Shown here piece after piece: positions 51,352 to 61,800 of a stretch of 64,000 bases of DNA. Numbering within the stretch: the first letter of the stretch is position 1; every line of letters begins with the position of its first letter. The position numbers and the translations under genes were made by a program. Below the pieces are notes generated by a model, which worked only from the letters and a program-made list of their open reading frames with translations, did no database searches and was not told where the DNA came from. Where the stretch lies: the IMG/VR virus record IMGVR_UViG_3300033512_000271. The stretch is one strand, 5' to 3'. This DNA comes from an uncultured virus (IMG/VR IMGVR_UViG_3300033512_000271) (taxonomy: Duplodnaviria; Heunggongvirae; Uroviricota; Caudoviricetes).

Positions 51352-52728
51352 ACGATGTTCATTGACCTTGTGACCGAATCTATTGTGTGCCAGGTATCCC
51401 AATGCATCTGAGATGTGTGTCAATTCTTTAGAGTATTTTTTATTGATTCCACCGTTCGGGTCTAATTGTACGTTCTCCAAATCTTTGATTAGAAATTTAC
51501 AATTTTTCGACACAAACAATCGGCGAACACCCATGTGGTTGCACAGTCTAGCATTCAACGTGGTGACTCGACTCTGCTCTCTTGGGTTGGCGCCCTTGAG
51601 AGGCATGATAAGTTCTGTATTCGGCATTTTATGGCGAATGACGTTCTCAATAATATCATAGTCATTACCTTCTGTCTGCGATGTATGACGACTATATCCA
51701 GTCAAATCCCCATGCACGTTGATTCTCGATATTCCAAATTTAGCATATTTGTCTGCAAAAGATGCAGCCAACTTTAACGTGTTGCCGTATTTAGGTAGAA
51801 CAACCTCGTCGATGATAAAAGTGTGGTCGTCATCGAACGTCTGTCCAACAACACACACGCTAGGTTCTACGTTGAAGTCGAAAGATATGTCTAATGGGAG
51901 GTTAGTATCTAATTGGGGAGGTTCGTGATAGATGTTAGCTTCAGAAAAAGCGTAATATGCCAGATTACTGCCAGCAATAAATTCACCTTGATACTCTCTT
52001 CTAAATGTTTCTGGGTCTAACTCTCTTCTCGCCGCTGCTATTAAGTCTGGTGGAAGAACAGAACTGCTATGCCATGAGAATGCAGACCATACTTTCGGGT
52101 CTTCTGTCAGGGCATGTTCAAACAGTCTCTTGTAGTGCATCCCACCACGTTCTGGAACTCCCAAGATGTCCACATATCCTCTAGTATTTTCAAGGGCAGG
52201 ACGGATGTTGTTATCCCATGCTTCAGGTTTCAAGTTTCCAAATTCGTCAACGATGCCGCCAACGTAGGACTTGCCTTCAAATCTGAACGGTTTATCGAGA
52301 CCGAATAGTTTAACAACCGCACCATTCACCAATCGTATAACAAGCTCTGTTTCATTTGGGCTGCCGATTAGGATCGATTCGGGGAACAATGCCTTCAACT
52401 TATCCCAATAGATTAATTTGACTTGTTCATGCGTGGGTGCGATGACAAAAAACATCTTCTCGTGATTGTTATAGGGCAGCATCATCATTCGCAGCACCAG
52501 TCTTCTGGAAGCTATCTCAGACTTACCACTACGTCTACCGGCATGGACTATGTTAAATCGCGACACACTGTTAAAGAATTTTATCTGTATTCTGTGTGGG
52601 TTGAATTTTATGGTGGGAGAGAATGACGGCACCGATAACAACTTCTTGTTCGGAAGTAGAGGTTTAGTCCAGTAAGGGGGGTTAATCTCCCAAACAGATT
52701 TAATCTTTGGTAGTGGTTCTTGAAGCAT
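51316..52728 (-). CDS. terL: terminase large subunit
   Basis: AGRRSGKS, IAPT, IVDE, SFDFN and HISDALGY. ATG 52728 is preferred because TTG 52800 lies upstream of the predicted transcription start. Confidence 0.93.
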   Translation of the reverse strand: MLQEPLPKIKSVWEINPPYWTKPLLPNKKLLSVPSFSPTIKFNPHRIQIKFFNSVSRFNIVHAGRRSGKSEIASRRLVLRMMMLPYNNHEKMFFVIAPTHEQVKLIYWDKLKALFPESILIGSPNETELVIRLVNGAVVKLFGLDKPFRFEGKSYVGGIVDEFGNLKPEAWDNNIRPALENTRGYVDILGVPERGGMHYKRLFEHALTEDPKVWSAFSWHSSSVLPPDLIAAARRELDPETFRREYQGEFIAGSNLAYYAFSEANIYHEPPQLDTNLPLDISFDFNVEPSVCVVGQTFDDDHTFIIDEVVLPKYGNTLKLAASFADKYAKFGISRINVHGDLTGYSRHTSQTEGNDYDIIENVIRHKMPNTELIMPLKGANPREQSRVTTLNARLCNHMGVRRLFVSKNCKFLIKDLENVQLDPNGGINKKYSKELTHISDALGYLAHNRFGHKVNEHRSGDNNFTTFLV

Positions 52729-52758
52729 TGTTCTTTGATTCCAATGGCATAGAAATAT

Positions 52759-52788
52759 TTTACAAAGTTGAATAAGGTGTGGTACGAT
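52759..52788 (+). promoter_or_regulatory. sigma70 promoter with extended -10, for the tape measure gene
   Basis: TTTACA-18 bp-TACGAT, with TGn immediately before the -10. Confidence 0.6.
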
Positions 52789-52802
52789 ATGCTTACCCAA
52801 TT

Positions 52803-52831
52803 ATCATAGTCTAGGTCACATCTTATGTCAA
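52803..52831 (-). promoter_or_regulatory. sigma70 promoter for terL
   Basis: Minus-strand TTGACA-17 bp-TATGAT; the -35 overlaps the tape measure ATG. Confidence 0.75.
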
Positions 52832-55800
52832 ATCCAGAAGAACGAGGCGTAGTAGTCGTTACAGCAGATACCTCACAGGTTGATGCACTATCCAAATCAC
52901 TTACTGAGTTGGAAGCGGCGTCTGATAGTAGCACTGCTGCGGCGGATGCTCTAATCACCAAGTTGAAAAAATTAAGTGAGGCTACTCGTGAGAATGCCAA
53001 GGCACAAGAAAAGCAGATAACATTCATTCAAGCACTGGATAAAATGTCGTCAGGCAGTCCTTTTGACAAGATGTTCAAGGGAATGGACAAGATGACCTCT
53101 ATGCTGGGTAGAACAAATGATTTGTTGGGTAAGATGACGTCATCTACAGACGCCTTCAACAAATCTACATCAGCAAGTGCATCAATTATCTCAACCAACA
53201 AGAACGTTGTCTCACAAGCAGCCGTCGCCCAAACTGCGTACCAGGTTTCTGTGAAAAAGACTACCTCTGATGTTGGCGGTATGTCGTCTGCGGTAGCTTC
53301 AGCCACCCAGAATATTGGGGCAGCATCATTAATTGTGGCTAACGCTGTGGTGAATTTTGACACATTCACTGACACAGTGCAGACGTTAAGTCTAGCAATG
53401 ATTGCAGCGTCGGCTGCTTCAAGAGCTGGTGGGTCAGCTACAGGGGCTGCTGTCACAGCAATGACAGCGGGGCTGAATTATGGGATGAACTTCGCATACC
53501 TGGCTATTTTAAAATTCGTTGGGGTTCTTGGAGTGTTGGGAACTGCAGCTATTGCAGCTACAGGATACGTCACAACATTCGTGACTGCCATGTCGTCGAT
53601 GAATGCGGCATCCTTTGTGGCGATGCTCAAGTCGATAGCAATAGGATTGCAGGGGATCACTGTCTCTTCCGCAATATCTTTCCTCACCTCTTTACCAGGC
53701 ATGTTCGCAAGAACAGCCATGTCAGCAAAATCTCTAGCGTCAACTTCGTTTCGCTCATTCATTGACGGCATTAAAGAAATACACGTAGAAGCCAAAAAAT
53801 CTTCTAGCGGGTCTTCGTCTGAATTTTTAAAACTGATAGACACGATCACTCTTCTTACCCGTGCGGCTGTAGGTTTCCACATTATCACCAGTTCCATTTC
53901 TGCATTGAGAGAGATGGTGTGGAAGACAGGCGTCGAGTTTGAAGGTCTGATGACCAAAGTCAGGGCAATCGCATTCTCAGACATTGGCACTAGCGTAGAA
54001 GAGATAACACAAGCCCAGACAGAGTTCAGCAAACTCCAAACAGAAGCAAGAAATGTAGCAAAAACTACTATTGCTTCAGCGTCGGATACCGCTAAGGTAC
54101 TCTACACATTCGCATTAGCTGGTTACTCTGCAATGAGAATGGTGGCTGCGTTGGGACCAGTTATCAAAGGGGCTATAGCCACAGCTACAGACTTTTCTTT
54201 AATGTCGACAGCGTTTTCAGATTTGTTCAGTGCTTTCCATTTGGAAGCAGAGCAGTCTGCATGGTTTGTCGACATGCTGGCTTATGCAGTAAATAAAGCC
54301 AACCAAGAAATACGAGACCTATACGAAGGGATGAAGTACGCTGCCCCAGTCTTCCAGTCCCTGTTTGGACAGATGGATGGTGGTAAAGCGGCTGTTTATG
54401 ATCTCACAACGTCGGTTATGTTGTTGGCTAACCAAGCTATCAAAGGCAGTAATGCCGGCACTGCGTTGAGAGCTATCGTCTTAAAATTAGTGTCTCCTAT
54501 GAAAATGGGAGCCAAGGTTGCCGAAGAGCTTGGTGTTGCATTCGAGGACATGCGGTTAGCCCAATTAGCAGACGAAGGGTACGCAGCTTCCTTAGCCCTA
54601 AAAGAGCTTGGGGTCGACACCATGAATACCGTAGGGAACATGCTACCATTCAGAGACATTCTGACACAACTCTCTTCTGCACTCCTACCGACCATTAAAT
54701 TGACAAATTTGTTGGTTGATGCACAGGGCAGATATGTCAAACAGATTAAAGACTCCAAGGGCAGAGTAATCCGCACTAAAGTGTTGACTGAGGAAGAAGT
54801 TAGCACTGAAATGAAATTTGGTCAGCAAAAACAGATGGGGCAGTCAATAGGGAACGCAAAAGCGGCTGCTTATTTGAGAAAGCTGGGAGGCATTGAGTCG
54901 GCAACTGCATTCACTATTTTGGTTAAAGAGAACCAACAGTTTGTGGATGCGAGTGGTAAGAAGTTGATGTCCTCTTTCGATAGACTTCGGAACGACCTCA
55001 AGACGAAAGCTGTCGGTACTGTGGATAAGATGTACAACGCTATGGTGCAGTCGCTTGAAGCTAAGATGAAGTTAGTCAACTCCCAGCTTGAAGAGATCGG
55101 GATTTCTGTTTATGAGGGAATAAAACCGCTATTCCATTTACTGATCGACCAGTACAACACCTTTCTCGGCTTGGTGATAAACGCACTCCAAGCTGTGGGT
55201 AAGTTCACAAGCATGTTGGCTGGAGCGTTTGAGCCGCTGTTGAACTGGGTATCTGCGATTGCAGCCCCACTGATTCAGTTAGTTGGTTTAATTGCCTCGA
55301 TAGCAGCAGCATTTGTTGTTTGGACAACGGTGGCAGCACTTGTCGAAGTGACTCTTACTGGGATATCGTTGGCAGCCACATATCTTGCACCAGCCTTAGT
55401 TAATGTTGTGGTCGGTCTGGGATTAGTGTCTGGCGGTATGTTGACGTTGACTGGTGGGATATTGGCGGTCATAGCCGTGTTCCAAATTTTCAACAAGGAT
55501 ACGTTGGGCGGGTTGGTACAGGTGTTAAAAGCCACAATGTACATAGCCGCCACTGCGATCTTCACATTCTCAGAAGCATTCATCGAATCGTTTTCGTCTG
55601 CCTCCTCTGCAGTAAGCGGTGTGGTGGACGTGTTTTATGAACTTCTGAATGCAATCGGAGTCCTTCCCGCAATTAATTCAACTGTTAGTATGATGAACTC
55701 ACTGTTCACTGAGACAGGCGAGGTTAGTGTCGGGTTCAAGAATGTCTTGGTAGATATTGGGTACTACTCTAGTATTGCTGGTGGGATGTTGGGCGGTGTT

Positions 55801-58800
55801 TTAAGTGCGGCGATTCATGGGTTGATCATTTTGTTGACGCCCGTGACTACCCTGCTCTCCATGTTTGGAAGTGTGATAATAAATTTCAGCTCACTGTTGC
55901 GTGGGATGCCAAGTGATGCCACAACGTTCGGCAAGTCTGTAAGTTCTGTATTTGGAGGAATTTATGAGGCAGCAGCATGGACGTACACTGAAATAGATTC
56001 GATTGTACAGGGGATATACTCGCTGTTCTCATCACTGAAAGACGATATCGAATTTATCTGGGAAGACTTGTCTTCCAACTCTCTATTCGATAGTGTGATC
56101 GAGGGTATTGATGCTGTCAAGCAGGCATGGGCGTCGTTTACGAGCGGGATGCAAGGGACAGAAGTAGGCTCTATCTCTGCGATGTTTGGTAGTTTGGCTG
56201 AAGACTCTTCCATGATTGTGGGAGTGCTATTGGACGAACTGGAAATAGCGTTTGGTCAGGTGGGGATTGCTCTCTTCAATGTGTTTGACGCCCCATTGAA
56301 AGCTGTGTACAAATTCTTCAACGAGATATTTAGCCTATTCAGACAATTCACAGGCATGATCAGTCTAACTGACATAGCCCCGATTTTTGAATCACAACAA
56401 GCTCCCGAAGCACAATCAGAGTCACAAAATCAGGGCGGTGCAGCATCCAAACAACCATCAGCCATCACAAGTTTCTATAAATCAGGAGATGTGCTTGCAT
56501 CAGGTACTGCGTTTGTAACAACATTCGCAGGTGGAGTCATGGCAGGGCTGGGGTATTTAATCTCAGTCATAGAATTTGTGACTAGCAGCATTGACGCATA
56601 CTTCCCACACTCTCCAGCTAAAGTCGGTCCACTTGGAGAGCTAGATACTTCTGGTGAATCTTTAATCACGACATTCATGAAGGGTGTCTATGATGCTGCG
56701 ACACAGGCAGATTTTAGTGGGCTGACCACATGGGCAGGCAGATTCTTTGTTGTGGTAGAAACCGTTGTAGGTGGCATTAAAGAAAGACTGTCAGGAATGT
56801 TCGATATCACGTTTAGTGATGTTGCGTCTAGCATACAAAACCTGGTTCTTCCTGAAGCCCAAGCATCACAAACTAGCGGTGTTGAAAACAAACAGACAAC
56901 CCTGACGCCTGGACAATCACACCCAGTGTTCCTGCCACCTGTGGGACTTCTGGACAAGGTGACTGAGAACTTTAAAGCCAAACATCCTGGCGTGTTAGAT
57001 GTAGCAGTTGAAGTGCAGAGCGATTTGTCTGATTACATCTTCTCCCTCGACAACCAACTCAGAAAAGTTGGCTCACAATTCGTTGGTATGTGGGAAGATT
57101 TAGTAGGGTTTGTTGGATATGTTATTCAATCAGTGATCGACTTGTTGGCACAGCCTGCACAAGGGAGCGAGGTGTTTAAGACTTTAGCATTCGAGCCAGC
57201 AACAGCTATCCAAGATGTGGAACTGTGGTTGAGTGCAAGATTTCATGACATCTCTATGTGGATGGATGGTCTCTATGAATCCATGAAAGATTCCACAACG
57301 TTTTTAATATCCAACATCCCGTCGTTGTCTGGTGTGCTGACATCCTCATGGGTGAGTGCCCAGATCAGCAGTTTGTCTGGATGGTTTAACACGTTCTACA
57401 ACAGAATCGGTGATGCCTATACGTTCTTGTTCAATGGCATAGCATCTTTAGAACTGGACGGCTTAGGGGATAACATAACACTCATAGCCTCTACGTGGGC
57501 ATCAAACATTCAAGATGCCGCTGCCATGCTGGAACGGGCATACTTATGGTTGAAAGACAAATTCTCTGGACTGATGGGGTATGTGAATGGTTGGCTGTCA
57601 CCCTCTTCTACCCCCAGCCCCTCTTCTACCCCCAGCCCTTCTACTACACCAGCCAGTAGTTTTGGTAAAGCAGATGTCCCATCTGCACTCCCTGTATTTG
57701 AGAAGTTTAAGAGCTCTGTTTCGTTTGACGGTAGATTGCCTAACAATGTGCTGAACAGTCCGTTTGTGATGAAGGGATACAAGCCCCAAGAAAATGTCAC
57801 AGACACACAGATCAACAAGGCGGCAAGTGCAATCAAAACAGCAATTGCGGATGGTGCTGTATCACTGACATCGTTCCCTCAAGACATTCAAGATGCTTTG
57901 GGTGGGAAAGAAGGGAAGTCTATGGTGGAAGCCCTTCGTAATAATGCCGCAGTCACAGTGAAATACAGTCATCAGAAGGACGCAGCAGACGCCACTCTAC
58001 GAAGCCAGAGCAAGTTTAATACGTTTGGCGGTGCTCTCGATTCTATCGCCAACCCGGAGATGTTCTCCACTGGGTTGAGCAAAGAGAAAGACATTCAGCA
58101 AAAGCATCTGTCCTTCATCATAGATGTTGACCCGTTGACGTATTTCTTGTACGCAGTAGAGAAGGGGTTCGTGCAACTGGGTGTGATGTGGCACACTCAT
58201 GTAACACAAAGAATAACCGATACGTTTGGTAGTGATAGTTGGCTGTCACAGGGATTTGAGGCATTCGATGCATTTTTCGGGTGGGTGTTGGGTGCAGCGT
58301 TGAAGATAGCAGTGCCTGTGGCAAGGCTAATTGGTTCTACGTTCCAGACAGCACTGGGTATCATCGAATTAACGTTCTTTGATATCTTTGAAACAATAGT
58401 GACGGGTGGGGCTAAGATATTCGCAAGTTTGTTCAAGATTTTTGTGGTGGACATAACCAGTGTCGGGATGTCGCTATATAACATATTTGGGGGTTTGATT
58501 GGGGCTGTGGGTCATGTGTTTTCTGCAATAGCAGCGGTATTCACAATGGACATAGCTGGTGCAGCATCCCACATGAGTCTGGCATTCCAAGATGTGCTGT
58601 CTTCACTGTATCATGTCGGCAAGGGGATTTTGGCACTGTTCTACCCAGGTATTGCAGATGCTATTTCTGGGGTTATTTCTGGAGTGTTGGACATAGTGGT
58701 TGGGGTGGGACGTGCGGGGGCTGAGTTTTATCTGATGATGGGTGGGTTGCTCAACATGAAGGTGTTGATGATCCAGTTGGGTGCTGTCTGGTACGATTTC

Positions 58801-61800
58801 ATGTTACGGGCAGATTTAGTGCGGAAGATATTCGATGCACTTGGGAACATGACAGCAACTACGATACGGCTGTTTGAAAAACTGGTCGGGATAGATATTT
58901 CCAAGCTGTGGAAGGGTTTTGTCAACATCATCTCTTCGATGAAACACCTCCTCTCCGCAGTGAGTAAAATCTACGAAGCCATCAAAGCCCTGATTGTAGA
59001 AATGTTCTTGATGTTTAAGGGCACTGTGCAAGTTTTGGCGATTCTTCCAGTTGTCGGTAAATTTTTCAGAGACGTGGATGTTCAGTTGGCACAGATGGCT
59101 AATAAACGTGCTATGGTGATGGAAGTGGATTTACTTCCAAGAACCAATGCACAGAAGTTTATTGAAGCCTCCCAAGATGCTATACACGCATCTAAAGTGT
59201 ATGGTGTGAAAGAAGCCGGGGCTTTAGCCGCAATGGGGTACTCTAAGACAAGATCAATCGATCCAGAGTACACGACAGAATCAAAATACGATACAAGACG
59301 TGCCCCCAAGTTTGCCCCGCATACGGACTTGAAGGAGTTATCTCGACAACAATTGACCGTGATAAACCGGTTCGAGAAACTCAAGAGTGCTTCATCAGTT
59401 GTTGGCGCAGAAATGAGAGCCGCACAAATTACATTTCTTGAAAAAGCTGTGAGGTGGAATGCAACACTGGTCAGCATGGCTGTGACAGCCTCCCAAGCAT
59501 TCAGAATGTACTTTAGAGAATTTTTAGATTTCATGGCAATGGTTTTCCCTAAATCGAAATCATTGTTCACCAGTTTTGCGGCAGCCATTGACAAACAGTT
59601 GGTGGGATTTGAGAGAGCAGCTTCAGCAATCTTGTTCTTTAACACAGGGCTTTCGACTACGGCAGGTAGAATGTACGCCGTAAGTGCTGTAAATAAAGCT
59701 CTTGCGTCTACGTTGAGTATGATCGCCTCTGCTGCTCGTATGGCAGGTAGTGCTGTCATGACTCTACTCCACCCCTTCATTTATTTGAAGGATACTGTTA
59801 AATATTTGAACGTCACACTTGGCACATCGCTGTCCACGATAATGATGGCTATCACTGCGGTGGCATCATTCACAGAGTACTACGACAGATTATTGTCATT
59901 CTCAGACACCATAAAAGTGTACGTGGGAATCATCATGCAGCCATTTGAATCAATGGCTGAGGGCATGTATGTTCTCGATCACCTGTTGACATCCACAGAG
60001 ACCTCTGAAAAAGCTGCTGTCAGCTTCCTTGCTGGATTTGTAGCGTTCCTGTCTATGGCGTTGTTGCCCATGAATCTGTTTGTTCTTGGGCTTATGACGT
60101 TATTCACCGTAATCAATATCAAACCAGAAATAGCGTCAGTAATCTACATGTTCTTCAAGAACTTTGGCAACTGGTCAGACGACGCCACGAGCTCCATTAG
60201 TTCATTGGGCGGGGTTATGTCTGGGTTTGTTAATGTGACTGGACAGGCTTTTATTGGGTTTTTTACAATGCTGATGTCGGTGATAACAGGGACAATTAAT
60301 GCAGTGACATCACTGTCCTCATTGATCAGTACCGGGCTGTCATCTAACTTGTCCAATACTCTGGAGGTGGGTAGTGCGGGGGATTCCTTCTCTACAATGG
60401 CTGGTAAACGCTCGAATGTGGATTCATCAGTATGGAAAACAGAGTTTAGTGCCAGACTGAAAGGTATGCGTGATTTTGCAAAATCGTTTGGAGAGTCTGA
60501 CGATTCCAGTTTGAACCTTCTTCCCGGCATGTCAATAACTGTGGCTGACGTGAAGAAGGCGTTAGATTTCTCTGCCGTCAAACATGTAATGCCAGATTTC
60601 TTTAAGGAATACACAGGGGAGATACGGAGACTGGACGACGCCAGCATTAAAGACAGACTTCAGTCAAACGTAGATAGGGGGCGTAAAACTAGGAAGTCGA
60701 CGGACAGTGGCGTAAATAGTCTGGATCAAAACGCCATGAATGTCGACAGAATGGAGACGGCATCAAAAGACGTGGTGGAAGTTCTCAGCAGAACTCCAGT
60801 TAAAATATTCGATGCTAACGTTACAGATAACGTAGGATTTTTCGCAAGTACGTTGAGTAAGTTGAATGAAGCACTGTTTTCTGTCTACACTGGAATGCAG
60901 AAATTCAAATTAGTAGACTTTTCTGTGGCTCTGATCGGGATCGGTGTGCTTGTGTTGGCATTGACTGGTAGTATTGGGATGCTAGGGTTTGGTATAGGAG
61001 GGGCGGTATTTATCGCCACTGCAGCAATAGCAACTTTAGGGCAAGTTATTGCTCGTATGAATGATGTGTTTAAGTCCGCAAACAATTCCAAAGAGTTTTT
61101 GGAAGGATACATCCCGATGCTATCACTATTGGGTGCGGCGGTTGGTGTGGTGCTTCCATTTCTATTCGGTATGAATGCGGTTATGTTGGGAATTGGGCTT
61201 ACCATAACCACTGTGAGTTTAACATTCGGATTGTTGATGTCCTATGTCGATAAGTTGTCCCTCTCTTTTGAGAGCATGGGACAAGCACTCGGCATTGGCT
61301 TTAAACTTATGGAAAGAAACCCATTTACAGCTTTCGCTGAATCCATCTTTTATATAAACAGTGCCATATCCCAATTTGTGGGTGCTAAGATTTTTGCAGC
61401 TATTGACTGGGCTGCCCCAACTGTCGGGATACAAGCAACCACCCTAGCTGTTGTTGGTATGGTAGCTGCGTTATCCTATCTCACAATACCAGCCACAGTA
61501 ATCTTACCATCTGTTGTGCTTGGGTTTTCATTGTTGGGCGTAGCAGTGACCGCAGTGTCATTCACAGTGTATAACGCAAGTAAGATGCTTGATCTATCAT
61601 TCAGAGATATCCAAAGCTCCATTGAAGGGTTGAGAGAGGTGGAAGTGTTTGGTTTGGTTGTGCTACAAGCTGTTTCTGTGATGGCAGCGTTTGCAGCACT
61701 ATCAGCAGGATTTACCCCTCTAGGGATTGCCACAGCCATTGCTGTGGTTGCGTTTGACATGATGGCTACATCGTTGGCTTTATTGGCTGTACAAATCAAC

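Noticed and set aside
16766..52728. Inteins or introns in nrdA, dnaB, polA, recA or terL
   Set aside because: No intein terminal motifs or homing-endonuclease motifs were seen, and the frames are continuous.
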